A stretch of 64,000 nt of DNA. Origin: the human T2T-CHM13v2.0 reference genome, Homo sapiens. The notes beneath the pieces were generated by a model. That model ran no database searches and had not been told where the DNA came from. It was given only the letters and a program-made list of their open reading frames with translations. The stretch lies in the NCBI RefSeq assembly GCF_009914755.1, contig NC_060930.1; one strand, written 5' to 3'. The position numbers and the translations under genes were made by a program. Positions 44,904 through 64,000 of the stretch are shown here, piece after piece (positions within the stretch are counted from its first letter, which is position 1; each line of letters opens with the position of its first letter).

Positions 44904-45917
44904 ATGGGGAAAAAACAGAGCAGAAAAACTGGAAACTCTAAACAGTAGAGCACCTCTCCTCCTCCAAAGGAATGCAGTTCCTCACCAGCAATGGAACAAA
45001 GCTGGACAGAGAATGACTTTGACGAGTTGAGAGAAGAAGGCTTCAGATGATCAAACTACGAGCTACAGGAGGAAATTCAAACCAAAGGCAAAGAAGTTAA
45101 AAACTTTGAAAAAAATTTAGACGAATGTATAACTAGAATAACCAATACAGAGAAGTGCTTAAAGGAGCTGATGGAGCTGAAAGCCAAGACTCGAAAACTA
45201 CGTGAAGAATGCAGAAGCCTCAGGAGCCGATGCGATCAACTGGAAGAAAGGGTATCAGCGATGGGAGACGAAATGAACGAAATGAAGCGAGAAGGCAAGT
45301 TTAGAGAAAAAAGAATAAAAAGAAACGAACAAAGCCTCCAAGAAATATGGGACTATGTGAAAAGACCAAATCTATGTCTGATTGGTGTACCTGAAAGTGA
45401 CGGGGAGAATGGAACCAAGTTGGAAAACACTCTGCAGGATATTATCCAGGAGAACTTCCCCAGTCTAGCAAGGCAGGCCAACATTCAGATTCAGGAAATA
45501 CAGAGAATGCCACAAAGATACTCCTCGAGAAGAGCAACTCCAAGACACATAATTGTCAGATTCACCAAAGTTGAAATGAAGGAAAAAATGTTAAGGGCAG
45601 CCAGAGAGAAAGGCTGGGTTACCCACAAAGGGAAGCCCATCAGACTAACAGCGGATCTCTCAGCAGAAACTCTACAAGCCAGGAGAGAGTGGGGGCCGAT
45701 ATTCAACATTCTTAAAGAAAAGAATTTTCAACCCAGAATTTTATATCCAGCCAAACTAAGCTTCATAAGTGAAGGAGAAATAAAATATTTTACAGACAAG
45801 CAAATGCTGAGAGATTTTGTCACCACCAGGCCTGCCCTAAAAGAGCTCCTGAAGGAAGCACTAAACATGGAAAGGAACAACTGGTACCAGCCACTGCAAA
45901 ATCATGCTAAATTGTAA
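44904..45917 (+). pseudogene. L1 ORF1p, disrupted
   Basis: MGKKQSRKTGNSKQ then TAG at 44946-44948; C-terminal 248 aa open. Confidence 0.92.
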
Positions 45918-45980
45918 AGACCATCGAGGCTAGGAAGAAACTGCATCAACTGACGAGCAAAATAACCAGCTAACATCATA

Positions 45981-49795
<3,815 letters not shown>

Positions 49796-50257
49796 ACAAT
49801 GAGAACACATGGACACAGGAAGGGGAACATCACACTCCGGGGACTGTTGTGGGGTGGGGGGACGGGGGAGGGATAGCATTGGGAGATATACCTAATGCTA
49901 GATGACGAGTTAGTGGGTGCAGCGCACCAGCATGTCACATGTATACATATGTAACTAACTTGCACATTGTGCACATGTACCCTAAAACTTAAAGTATAAT
50001 AAAAAAAAACTTATGAGTTGTATAATATATTAATAACCACCTAATGACATCTATATGTATGTATATATGTAAATGTGGTGTGCATGAGTGTGTGTGTAAA
50101 TATATATATTCAGATCTGTATTTTCAAAACCTCTGTTTTAATTATCAAGAAACAGATATCTACTAAATTGAATATAGAAAATGAATATGAGAGAGCTCAT
50201 GCAATTATCAATTTAGTGGTTATGTCAATTATTAATTTTCCTGTGGTTTCTGAAGTA

Positions 50258-50634
50258 TAGTATGCCCTTTGTATCCATGGGTTTCACAACCATGGTTTCA
50301 ATCGACTACTGATTGAAAAAATTGGGAAAGAAACCATAAAAATAATACAAATTCAGAATAATACAAAATAATACAGTATTATAATAATTATAATATAATA
50401 CAATAATATAATAATTATAATACAAAATAATACAGTGATACTGTACTTATATAACACTTTCATTGTGTTTGGCTATTATAAGTAATCTAGATATGATTTA
50501 AAGTATATGGAAAAATGTGCATAGCTTATATGTAAATACTACACCACTTTATGTAAGGAATTTGAGCATCCTCAGATTTTGGTATCCACATAAGGTCTTG
50601 GAACCAATCCCCCGTAGTTTCCAAGGAACAACTA
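50258..50634 (+). mobile_element. MER2 (Tigger-family MITE)
   Basis: Termini resemble MER2 (gccctttgtatccatgggtt...; ggaaccaatcccccg...ggaacaacta), TA flanks, internal AATAATACA repeats. Confidence 0.75.
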
Positions 50635-50871
50635 TAGGCAATCCTTTCTTGAAGAATGTATAAAAGATAGCAGGGAATGTCCAGGAAATGCATCTTGCAC
50701 AAAAATATATATACATATGGAATATATATTTTTATATCCCATTTTTAAATTAATACTCCATTTTCTATTGTAATTTCTTTCCTAAGTCATGAATTATTTA
50801 TAAGGATTTTTTACCATCTAAATGTATAGGTGTTATTGGTATTTTGTTGTTAATTTCAATCCTGTAGTTTT

Positions 50872-51120
50872 GTTATTTATTTATTTATTTTTAAATTTCA
50901 ACTTCTATTTTAGATACTATGGGTACACGTGCAGGTTTGTTACATGAGAATATTGCGTGATACTAAGGTTTGGGGTACAGATCCTGTCACCCAGGTAGTG
51001 AGCACAGTACCTGATAGGTAGTTTTTCAGCCCTTATCCACCTCCCTCCCTCCTCTAGCAGTCTACAGTGTCAGTTGTTCTCATATTTATGTCCATTTGTG
51101 CTCAATGTTTAGCTCCCACT
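50872..51120 (-). mobile_element. 5'-truncated L1PA15/16-like 3' end
   Basis: (TTTA)n tail then antisense 3'UTR (gggtacacgtgcaggtttgttacatg...ttagctcccact). Confidence 0.8.
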
Positions 51121-51269
51121 AATTTCAACATTGTAATTTTAACATTGTAGTTTTAGTCTGTTTTATATACATTCTCTAAAACTTGCCGTGACCTGATTGC
51201 TCTAGAATTAGGTAATGTTATTGTTCCATGAGTAGTTAAAAAAAGGATCTAAATCTTTTGTATCTGCAG

Positions 51270-52390
51270 TTGTTGGTGTTTTTCTAATTTTGACAGCTAT
51301 GAACAAGACCTGTAAAATTATTGCACGAATTTTTGTAAAACTTTTGCATGAATATTTAAATTTTCATGTATTTTAAATAAATACTTAGAAGTGGGATTAC
51401 TAGCCATTATGGTACATCTATGTTTAACTTTAAAAGAAAATACCAAGGTGTTTTTCAATAGGGTATGCCATTTTCATATTCCTATCAGCAACATTTCTGA
51501 ATGTGAGTTGCTCTGCATCCTCAACAACATCTTGTATGGTCATTTGGCTGTTTTAGCCAGGCTAGTACATGTGTAGTGCTGTCTATGGTGGTTTAATTTA
51601 CATTTCCCGAATCACTGTTCATTCAGCTTTTCCCCCATATATTTATTTTAATGCATATGATTTCTTAGTAAACTGTCTGTTCAAATCCTTTGCCCAGTTT
51701 TTACTTAAGTGTCTTGTTTTCTTATTATTGAATTTGGGGAACTTTTTGATGTATTCAAGACTTATTTTTATATATTCTTGATAAACTTCTTTATCATATA
51801 TACATATTATAAAATTATTGCAAAAAATTTTCTCAGTCTGTGGCTGATCTTGCTTCCCTTTCATTATCTTTACATTGCCTTTCAAACAGTGGAAGTTTTA
51901 AATTTTGATAAAGTATAATTTAATACTTGTAATGGATCATGTATTTTATGACATAATGAAGAAATCTTTGACCCAAAACACAAATATGTACCCCTGTGCC
52001 CCATGTTATCTTCCAGAAGTTTTACACTTTTAGGTTTACCATGAATTCCATGATTGATTTGGAGATTTTTTTTTTCTTTGGTAGGGAAATTTCTCGGATT
52101 AGGGTCTTTTGAGTGCATATGGTTGTACAATTGTTACAGCAATTGTCGAAAAGATTGCTTTTCCTTGACTGGCCTTTGCACCTTTCCAAAATAAATGGAC
52201 CATGTAAGTGTGGGTGTAGTTCTAATACACTATTCTGTTTCATGGATATACTTTTTCCAATTTTCACTAATAACACAATGTCTTAAACCTTGTACCTCTA
52301 TAATAAATTATGAATTCAAATAATGTGAGTCTTTTAAATTTGTTTTTTCAAGAGTTTTTACTTTTCTAGTTGCTTTGAATTTTTATATAA
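51270..52390 (-). mobile_element. Old L1M ORF2/3' fragment
   Basis: ORF 51643-51885 NWAKDLNRQFTK (L1 ORF2 C-terminus). Confidence 0.75.
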
Positions 52391-52553
52391 TTAATTACAT
52401 GTACATTATTTTAAAACACGAGATATAACAACAGAATAACTAATCCAATAAAAAGCATGTTCAACTATATGTTTGTAAGAAGCTAACATTAAAGATATTT
52501 TGAAGGATAAAAAAAGATACATTATGCAAACACTATTTAAAATAAGGCATGTT

Positions 52554-52674
52554 GCCAGGAGCAGTGGCTCACGCCTATAATTGCAGCATTTTGGGAGGCG
52601 GAGGCAGGTGGATCATGAGGTCAGGAGTTCGAGACCAGCCTCGCCAACATGATGAGACCCCCCCCCATCTCTAC
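52554..52674 (+). mobile_element. AluS left arm only (3'-truncated)
   Basis: Ends abruptly after CATCTCTAC; no linker, right arm or tail. Confidence 0.85.
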
Positions 52675-54053
52675 ACCTTTAAATGATAAATTGTTATCTG
52701 AGAACTTAAACATCTTTAATTTAAACGATTTACCATCCAATATCATTGTGTTGCTTTACATTGTTTTTCTTGTGAGCACCTGGTAGACAGCCATAAAGAA
52801 AAGCCTATAAGTAGTCGTTTACCATGTGTCTTTAACTTTAAGGAATTCTATATTCTCATGCTACACCACGTATGGCCTTTAAAAATTTTGCTATTCATTT
52901 GTATGGTGATTAATGTCTGTTTTCTTCTTTCTCTCTTTTTTTTTTTTTTTTTTGAACTCTGTCACAGGTGAGCCATTGTTCATTGATCCATCTCTTCTTA
53001 GATTTTAGTCTAGTTGCTTGCCCTGGGACCTCCTCTATGCTGGGTTAAAGAAAAGTTATGATTTTGTAAATTCTCAAGCTGTTCTTATAGTTAGGATGAG
53101 GTGATGCTCTTTCAACTTTATATATCCTAGCTAGAAGATAGCAATCATGAATTTTTAAGTCCCTGCTTACCTGGTTACTTTTTACAACTTGTCTTTTTTT
53201 TTTAATTTGAAAAACAGTTTGAGTCCTAGGATGATGTTATTTCAACCAGACAGTAGTTTCATCTGATTTTCCAAGTCACTGGAAACATTATCTTTTTACA
53301 TGACTTTAATACTATTTCTGGAATTGAGACCTTCTGGCCTACTCAGATATTATAAAGCTCAGCAACATTCTATGCAAGGTATCAGTTTACTTCTGCATGA
53401 GTTTCCCCCCCACCCCACCCCCATGTTGTGTAAGGTTAAGTGTTTTTCTCCTGTCTCATCTTGTTTGTAAAATAAAAGCTCCAAGCCTCCAGGTTCAGCA
53501 GATTATTTCAGGACTGGCTCCAGGATTTAACACTCTCTTACCTCTATAAGTGTGGCTTTAGATTCATTTTTGGTCTCTTCTAGAAACCATATTAACATAT
53601 AAACCTAAAGCAAATATAAAGGAAATTTGAAGTGAATTTCCATGTACCCACCACCTAAATTCTACTACAAACAATTTAGTAATCATTTCTACATCTAATC
53701 ACTTCTTTATTCATCCATCTCATTTTTAATGCATTTTAAACTAAACTTTTGACATCTCCAAACTTCCCACTTAAATCTATCAGCATGCATTATCATTAAA
53801 TAGAACTAAATTCATAGACATGAAGTGAAGCGTGACCTGTTTATAAGGTATTGCATTGGGTCACCAAGCAATAAAGTTGAAAGTAGTTTGGTAGTACTAT
53901 TCAGATATTCAGATATTTTCGGACAAAGCCAAAGTACTCAGATTTTATGCAATAGGTGAGAAAGAATCAGTGCAAGTTTGACGTATGTGTGTGCACAGGA
54001 AAAAATGTGGGGTATTGCTAACAGAATGAAAGCATTGCTTTAAGATTAACTGG

Positions 54054-54390
<337 letters not shown>

Positions 54391-55109
54391 TCAGGTAGCA
54401 GAAATTCTGTAATAGAGGCTGAGAGGAGAAGGCAGTAGTTCAAACTTGATGGGAGAGAAGTCTTGGCCATGGTTAAGACTATGGGAAGAGAGGAATGGAT
54501 GGAGGTACAGACTCTTAAATGAAAAGGATAGCGAAGGTATTTAGTAACTGACAGGATAAATGTATGAATGATGACAAACAGTCTTAGTTAATGAAATATA
54601 ATATCTCCAGGGTGGGTATATTAAAATCTTAAGTTTTAAATCAATTAAATTGTCCAGTTCATGTAAACAGATATAAATAATATAAAATCATATGGACATG
54701 CAAAGGTGATTAATTCCACACCTGCTTGTTTTCCAGATAAAGTGATCATTGAAGGTATTATTTTGGGGAATGTAATCTGTTAATCTAAAAATGAATATAT
54801 CCTTTAGAGGTATCTTTTACTTTCGTATTAGTTGTGATTCCTTTGTGTCGTTTTTGTTTTAACTTTTTATTGTCAACCCTCAGGGGTTTATCTCAACACC
54901 TGCCATGCTCATTGACAGTTATTTTCCTGCTTAGCATATCTTATTTTAATATATGAACATCTGCTAAAGGGCTGCTTTAGAAATCCTCCATTCACAGAGT
55001 TCTTCTGCTTTTAATATTTTACTTTCTAACTTTATATTATCCTGCTGAGTTATAGGACAGTCATATTTTAGCTTAAGAAACAATTACTTCTGATGAATCT
55101 TTAATATTC

Positions 55110-55400
55110 AAGCTGATAATCAACAGGATTTATTTGGTACCTATTATATGCTCAATATTTAGATGGGCCCTGAGGATGAGAAAGATATATGATTTTCTCC
55201 TTATCCCGAAGGAGTTTACAACCTAGTTGGGGGAAAAAAAAAACACATAACACAAGCAAAGTAAACAAAGCAAGGTATTGCATCATTAAAAAGTTTATTG
55301 TATGGTGTACTGTATGGCATTACTGAGGGCAAAATAGAGGACTAAGGGGAAAAAAAAAAGGTTTCATAGGGATGTAACTTGAATAAAGATATAGGATTTG
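55110..55400 (-). mobile_element. L2 fragment
   Basis: caacaggatttatttggtacctattatatgctcaa...ggagtttacaacctagttgggg. Confidence 0.5.
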
Positions 55401-57973
55401 GGAAGAGAAAAGTTAAATTACACAGCATTACAGCCAAGGGAAATATAAAGTGTGTCATCTCAGGATAGTATTACAGAATTGCTTAATTTTTATTGCTATT
55501 TGTCCCATGTTATTCTTAACTTCTTTTTTAGATTAATATTATATATGATATTGTGTATATATATTTGTATATCATATTGCATACACACACATACACACAA
55601 ATTCTCCTAATTAAATTATATACTTAAAATGTCTGTGATCTTCCAGCCTTAATTAACAACAACTTGATTTCTTAATAATTGGAAAGGCTATGTCTCCTGG
55701 GGGTCCTATTGAATAATTTTCTGCTGCTAGAAAAAATGTCTCATAACCTTTTTACAACTGTTATCTTATTTGTTTTATTTGTAGGAGTTAAGAAAGAAAT
55801 TTTAGGGCCCCTAAATTTAAGCCTCATTTTCCTTTCACCCTGCTAATTAAATTTTAGCCCATAAATTGTTCATAATTTTAATATAAAACAATTTCTCTAT
55901 TTACTAACTTCCCAAACAGAAAATTAAATACATGAATTTCAAAAATATAGAATATAAACCTATCTTTATATTGATAAATCAATTTGTTTTTCTTCTTGAT
56001 GTTATTTGAGTTTCATACTAATAGGGCTATTAGGTTAAGCAGTCATGTATTAGTCTAAGTAAGCTAATTCCATGGTAATTTTTTATATAGCCAATAATTT
56101 AATATTTACATGTATCAGAGGTCATATTTAAGTAGAAGTTTAAATTGATTTATTTAATACAAAGGCAAAATTAATTTTAAGAGGCTAATAATTTCTTGTT
56201 TATCTAAAGATTAAATTTTAAAGTATATTTTTAAATAAAAATAATAATATTGTCACTGATAGGCAGCCAAAGAAAAATATGCATTTTATTCCTAAGCTAG
56301 GGCTTCTGAAATACGGATAACTCCCATATTTCAATGCTCCATGTAAATCCTGATTCCTGGTGCCCAGAATGGTAAGAAGTATTTTGAAGACTCAAAAGTT
56401 GCAGAAAAAAAATGAAGGACCAAAAACAGTCAATTCTGCTACACACTTTCTTCCTCCCTAATTTCATAAAGTTGTCATCTAGAGCAACTCTAAAACTTGA
56501 GGCTATAATTTAAGAGGGACATCATTCATCCAGTAACAGAATGATATACTTGTCGCCTATTCACTGAGAATTGTTCTACAATGAATTCACAATGGCATGT
56601 TGTAAATATGCGTACATTTCCTAACCTTCAGAAATGCAGTTTGAAAGCTGAAACACAGACCTCATCAAGAACAGCCTGCTGACTTCTCAGATAGGTTTTA
56701 CAATGGAGTGGTGTCATAAACTCACTACAATTCTATATCTTGACATAGGAAAGCACAGAAACTTGATTTCACCAGTGTAACAAAGCTAATCAACTTTTCA
56801 ACAGATTATTCATGTCAGCTGTTCTCAACAGTGTAATCCAGAATTAGAGTTCATTAATTTGCAATGGGAATTATGTCTTTTTAGTGAGTAGAATTTGCAT
56901 ATGTTTAATCCAGGTTAATCTCTTTCTGGAACTAATTAAAAATAAAAATGTGTTTACTAAACCTAAAATTGGGGGGGAAATAGACGTAGATAGTCTAAGG
57001 ACATTTTAATCAGAATTCCTCAGCTGGTCTGCCATAGCACAATTGGAATGCTGTAACCTCTTCACAGATATAGCATCAAAATTTAATCAACGTATGCAAT
57101 GTGACCTACATAAAGCATGTATTTTGCCTTGGCAACCATAGGCAGAGGAATGTATAGCTTAGCAGACCTCCGTGATGAACCAGGTATAATTTACTGAAGT
57201 AAAGGCTTATTGAGGTTCATGTAACCTACCCCCTCCAAAAAAAATAGCTTGTGTATTACAAGTTGATACAAATTAGCCTCATGAATATACGTCCTGAAGG
57301 AACTCCAAATAAGTAGTACAATAAGTGTAAATTGTATGTAACTAATTGAAATGTACCATCCAAACTGCACAACTTAGAAGCATTCTGCAAAGAAAAATGT
57401 TTTGTGTCACTGATTTTAGTCATAAAAGTACCTCATGGTTATACTTGGTCTCAAATCTTTCTTTTCTTGATATTCTATTCTCCATTAATTTCCGTGATCT
57501 CACTTTAGTAAACTGCTTGAGAGCAAAGACCGTGTCTTTATATTTAGTGCTTAGCACGTTGCTCAACTCAAAATATGATCTTAATATAGTAATATTGGAT
57601 AAATGAATAAAATCATGTCCTTTACCATGTAAGCTTGATTCTTCTCATTTTATATTCTCTATTTTTGTGAATAGGACAATATCTATAACCACTTCTAAAA
57701 CATGGCACATGGAAATCATGGATGACTTCAGTATCCACACTGAATTACTTGCTCAATTCTGATTTTGCATTTTAAGTACCTCAAATTTGTTCTTTTGTCT
57801 TTGAAACTATATTGTTACTATAGTCTTGGTTCATTACTAAATCATCTTTTTTTCCACAAATTATAGACATAACCAAATTAACCTAAAATTGAGAGTGACT
57901 GCATGTCGTTCTGGTAACAGAGGGAATTTATTGCAGAACAGGCTTACAGACAGACATAGTGATAGTCTCTTTC

Positions 57974-57998
57974 TACACAAACACACACACACACACAC
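57974..57998. repeat. Short (CA)n
   Basis: Directly visible. Confidence 0.85.
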
Positions 57999-59739
57999 AG
58001 ACATTTACAAACATGTGTGTACACAAACCTAAATATTAGCCTGTGTTTATGAATATTTTCCAAATATAATTTACCAGTTTCCTAATTTTAGTTGTGATGA
58101 AGGGTCAGGAATAGTCAAGAAACTTTTCTTTATTTGTGCTGGTCCTACACTCCCTCTAATCCGTCTTGCCTATTTCTCCCTTCTGTGCTGGACTACACAT
58201 CCCTATGGCAACATCAGAAACAATAGGCTAATGTAGAGACTTTCTGAAACTGTCTCATGTCTAGTCCTTATAATATGGAAACTTCATATCTTGAATATAA
58301 TTTTTGATCAGCTGTATTTTATGGCTTTAGTTGTTCTTTTCCTATTTTGCTACTTCACCTGCAGCAAGTTATAATCTCAAGACATGCAAAATCCACCTTG
58401 AATTCAAAGGTACTCTGCAAATTCCTGTCTGCCTTTAAGTAACTGTTTCAAATATCCTTTGTTCTGAAGGTAAAATAGGAAGAATATGAAAATTTCTCTG
58501 GAACTTAGGGGGAGAAATTATCTTCCAAGTCGAGCATGCCTAAATAAAATTTGCCACCATTCCTAAAAAGTATTTTTGTCTTTTTTTGTATTTTTTTCTC
58601 TTTCACCATTAGAAACTCAGCATTCCTATTACAATTCATATTTCCTATATAAAGTAAGTAGCAGTAAGTGTTTTGAAGGGAGTTTTAAAGAGGAGCTCTT
58701 TGCATTGGAGTTAAAGTCTTACTATATTGCTTAAATGTTATTTAATATAAATCGCATTGGGTACTCATCTGAGTGCTCAGCCTTCCGTTTGTTCATGTTA
58801 TCCTCCTTTCCTTTAATTGCAAATACTGTTTGTGTATGTGTGTGTGTGTGACCAAAATTTGGCTGTATTAGAGGTGTTTACAGATGACAGCAGGCAAAGA
58901 TATCTCTGCTCTTTAAAAGCACAGAGCAAATTATAGTCCCTGATGACTCCCTGACCCAGGTATAATCATAATTCACATTTGCATATCCTTTCTTTCAGGT
59001 CCTTTTCTCAACATATCCCCTCTCTCACCCATAAATGTTACCAAATTGGTGCGCCTGTGGAGTCGCTGTATTTACTTTGATGAGGTGTTTTGTAGCTATG
59101 TAGATATTTTCTATGAATATCTTATTAACTGCCTTTGTCTCCTTTCAGCTATTTATTAAAATATGAATACCTGGATATCTGGACATTTTAGTGTCAAAAC
59201 TGAGAGAATTGAGTAGACCAACCCAATTATCTCAATGATTGAATGAAAATTTTAGTCTTTTATTTGATTCAATAGATATTTGCTGAATAATAGTGTCAGT
59301 CACATTGAAATGCTAAAATGGACCCCAGGCTCAAAGGTCCATTTTCTGTAGCTGCAATATTAAAAATGAAATGCAGTTACAGGAAATGGAGGTTGGAAAT
59401 AATTTTTTCCTAGTATTGCATGTTCCCACATTTGTCTGAAATTCAATATTTTGGGGAGTAGAAGGTCGATAGAAGGAAGGAAAAGGAACCAAAATATATA
59501 TAAATGCAAATTACCTAAACAGAAATCAATACTTATGAATGAGAAAGTGCTGGCTACTATTTATTAAACTAGCACATTATTATGTATAGAAAAACTATAT
59601 GGATATGAATATGTGATATATATATATACACAAAACGTGTAATGCCTGTCAAGCTGTATTTTTAATATGCAGAAAATGTTTCCATGATTCTATTGTGTTG
59701 CCTGAAAAATAGGAATACTCAAGAACTACTAGACCTCAA

Positions 59740-60100
59740 TAAAAAGTGCCAAGACATTGAAACATGAGAGACAATAACAGGCGCAGAGACAGAAGAAGAC
59801 ATTAGAGGAACCAAATATAGCTCGGTATACAGAAGACCACATAGGACTGAGAGTGATGAGAATAAAGTGTATTGTTAAGCCAGAGCCATAAAACCAAGGA
59901 CCAGAATATCTGGACTTGATCCTGAGAATCATGGAGCACCTTTGAAAGCATTTCAACATCAAATGACATGACCCAACTTGTGTTTTTGAATGGTCTTCTG
60001 ACTGAAGGGAGAAGAATGGATTTGAAGAGGTAAACCTAGAGGGAGGTGTTGCCATCATCTGGCAGAGAGGGGATGATGCCCTGAACTGGGACAGTGGGAT
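59740..60100 (-). mobile_element. L2 fragment
   Basis: ggacttgatcctgagaatcatggagcacctttgaaagcattt...gatgatgccctgaactggg. Confidence 0.6.
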
Positions 60101-60109
60101 TGAAGTCCA

Positions 60110-60555
60110 GTGTGGAACAGCTCAGCTGGATTGAATTCCACCTCTATCCTGGTTTTTTTGTTTTTAGTTTGTGTCTTTAGGTAACTTAGCTTAACTCCTC
60201 TATATCTTAATTACTTCATTTGTGAAATAGAAATAACAGTAGTATCTACCTAGTGGTATGCTGGGAAATGTTTAACAACTGGCACTCTGAGGGGAACAAA
60301 AGGTTTACTTTGTAGTGTTCATGAATTTTCATGGTATAAATAATGCCAGCATCTTCAAATTCAAACTACCAACATGGTGCCAACCAATTTACAAAATTCC
60401 TGAAAATTTAACTACTGGCTCTGGTAATCCAGTAAAAGCTGCACTTTGTATAGCTACCTCATAAGACTATTGTTAGGATTGAATGTGCAAATACATGCAA
60501 GCACTTAGTACCATGCCTAGTACATACTATAAGCTTATTATGCTAGGTATTATTA
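60110..60555 (+). mobile_element. MIR interrupted by a MER63-like hAT element (~60251-60450)
   Basis: MIR core ttcatttgtgaaatag...ctacctcataag...gttaggattgaatg; insert starts tagtggtatgctgggaaatgtttaacaactgg. Confidence 0.6.
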
Positions 60556-60765
60556 TATTGGTTCTGATCACTTTCATACCCAGTTCTAATTATCATTATG
60601 TAAACAAACAGTTTGGTTGCTCTATTTATTTTTTTTTTAAAAAAGCCTTCTGCTTTATACATTTCTAAGTAAACAGTATTCATAAAATATCTGCTATTTC
60701 TATGGTCTCACAAAGTTGCACACTTTTATTCAAATGAATTTTGGAAACTATTTCTGATTATTTAG

Positions 60766-61161
<396 letters not shown>

Positions 61162-63711
61162 TAAATGTGTCTAAATACTGCAACAACGTTGGTTACATTG
61201 CAGATAAAGCACTATGTAGAAATTTATCCTGAAAAATTATTAGTATTACTAGTATACATCTGAAAATGAAATGCTAAGATACAAATTTTTACTACCAACA
61301 ACAAGATGCAAGTCAGTATCCCTCTTCAAACCACAATGGCATATCTTTGTGTTTCTCTTAATTTATTAAAAATCATTTTTATATAGATGTATTATCACTA
61401 AGAAATTCATAATTTGGAAATGAATGTACATAACACATATAATGAAATTCAGAATTGGAAAAAAAAAGTTTCACTTTTCTCTGAACATTAATTCATATGA
61501 ATAACCATTTCTAGGGTAGGATTTGTGAAATTTCCCATAGATGGGATTTTTGATAGAAAACATCTTATATAAAAAATAAGGTAATTGCTAAAATATCTGG
61601 CTAAAAGGCCCTGCTAGAAAGCAATTTTACTTAGAGACTAGGATAATTGGACCAGTAGCTATGAGTAAATTCCTGTGTGCATCAGATAGAAAACTTTCTA
61701 TCAGGTGTCCTGAACCATAAAGGAGTTATGATGGTAGGATAACATTTTGCCAAGAGGTTCAAAAATATTTATTAAATGAACTACTTGTTGTCCCTCCCGA
61801 GGTCTTATTTACTCCATGAGTGATGGAAACAATTAATCTATAAATTGAAGATGCCATCTCTGCATATCAATGGCCAATAAAACCTCTAAGATGTGAAACC
61901 CATTCACCAGACTACAATTAATTGGTGTTGTTTTGACACTTGTTTTTAGGGAAAACAGACAAATCTCAAGGGACAGTAAGAAGAAGTACAATCAGTTTGA
62001 TTGAATAGTCTTAATTTATAGGGGTATAAACATGGAACAATTTTATTCTTCCAATAACTTCCATCAACTCTGATCTCTCATCCACCTCTCACCCTTTTTC
62101 TACTGAAGGACAGTCATCTTTAGCGACTGCTCATTTTGAATCTATAAACTTATACATTTCTCTGTTACCTTCAGTTATTAGAAATGCCATTCTTGCTCTT
62201 AAGACTCAATCCTCTTCATTTTAAGACTAAGTATCACAATGACTGTTTAAGCCCTAGACAACCTTTTGCATTGTTTCCCATAAGCATGGAAAATCTGCTT
62301 ATCTTTGCCATGCTGCTTTTGACTCACCTTTGTTATTTGTTCCCAGTCCCTTTCTCTTATGTCCTGACAGAGTTCAGCACATTGGCCTCAGTGACTTTCA
62401 TGCAAGAGACAGTAACCCACTAGTCCCTGAGTTAAAGAGGAGAGAGAGAGTGGTTGACTATCGCCAATTTTATAAGAACAATCTGTCTCTTACAAAGACA
62501 AGAAACAGAGAAGAATTGCTCTTTTAAAAGCCCTACTTTTGGAAATGTTCGCCTACTCATTTTGTTTTTTCTGGCTCCAGCAGCTCCCAAGAATCACAAA
62601 CCAAGAACAAAGCCCACTGATAAATTTTCCCTAGAGAAATCAGTAGTTTTATTAACAATGACTTAATGGCTTTGCAATTTCTTTGAAATTCTTATCCACC
62701 TTTAATAAAAAAAATTCACAATTCATTGATAATATAGGTAACTTCTTAGGTTATCTTGGAATCAATATACATTCAGCTATAATATTGAGAGCAATAAGTG
62801 TGAGGATATATAGTATCCTTAGTCATCAAAGGGAGATTAAATATATTTTTATTAAAATTTATCATTAAGGTCAAGGTAGCAAAAAATAAAGAAAAAGTTT
62901 CAGTAAATGTTAAGAATCAAAATGATGTTTTGTTAATCATCATAGTCCATACGTTCCAATTAATTAAAACTTCACTGTATTACATTCTGCAGAGGATTTC
63001 AAAGGAATATAAACCACCATCTCTGAATGCTAAAAGCTCCCAGGGCAATGCATAGGATCCCCAAAAGCATCCTTCTGAACAAATTAGATTCATTGTTCCT
63101 AATCACATATACTAAGGTGAGTTATTAAGGAATAAACAAACTGATGGTACCAACCCCTCCAGCTCCATCCCAGAAAAGAACTGGCTTTGAATATCTAAAG
63201 AATTTAAGTTGGCCTTACACAACCACTGACTGTGGATAAGAAGAGGAAGCGGGGAGGCACTGAAAAGTTTGAGCTTTTCCAAAACTTCAGGAGGAAATGA
63301 ATTTTTAACTGTATTTTAAGCAGTTTTTTTATTTCTAATTTTTTTACTTTGTATAATTAACTGCCTTATTATTTCACATATTGATTGTTAGAGTTTCAAA
63401 ATTGTACTTATTTTTTAAAAAGTTCCATTGTCTCCTATTTAGAAATGTTTATTCTGAATACATCCAATGTGATATTTATACTACCAGTCCTATTTACTCA
63501 CATCCTTTCTCTCTCTCTTATTTGACTAGTTTTTCTTTTAAATCATTCTTTATAACTTCGCTGTGTGTGTAGTTTTGTAAACAGCATATGAGAAAGTTTT
63601 AATTAGTTAGCTCTAATTATATAATATTTTGACTGATCAAGTTTAAAGAAATAGCCTTACCTTAAGTTAATTATTTCATTTTAGATGGTATTTATCTTTG
63701 GCTTCCCCTTA

Positions 63712-64000
<289 letters not shown>

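Noticed and set aside
50701-50733. AT-rich hairpin (also GATAGAAA-AC-TTTCTATC near 61685)
   Set aside because: Short and low-complexity; expected by chance in AT-rich DNA
62184-62868. Cluster of short plus-strand ORFs
   Set aside because: No recognisable domain, no consistent splice structure, and lengths near random expectation

Overview
AT-rich primate genomic DNA (most likely human: it carries AluY, an AluYa5-like copy and L1PA3/4). It is dominated by transposable elements. I can support no host protein-coding gene, RNA gene or CRISPR array; the recognisable ORFs are broken L1 ORF1/ORF2, Tigger1 transposase or Alu/LTR read-through. Main contents: Tigger1 (1-2241), a THE1 solo LTR, a rearranged L1MA (6.3-13.7 kb), a 5'-inverted (twin-primed) L1PA4-like element with a young AluYa5-like insertion (19.6-25.0 kb), a full-length L1PA3 retaining the 129-bp 5'UTR segment (43.9-50.0 kb), about 12 Alus, and many old L1M/L2/MIR/MER fragments. 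I see no evidence for a new gene system. The most unusual signal is that the two young L1s, 25 kb apart and from different subfamilies, share several private mutations, including the same frameshift and the same stop codon. Other notable items are a patchwork of inverted micro-copies inserted in an L1 EN region, the scrambled L1MA and a solo poly(A) insertion. Subfamily calls come from remembered consensus sequences and need RepeatMasker/Dfam confirmation.
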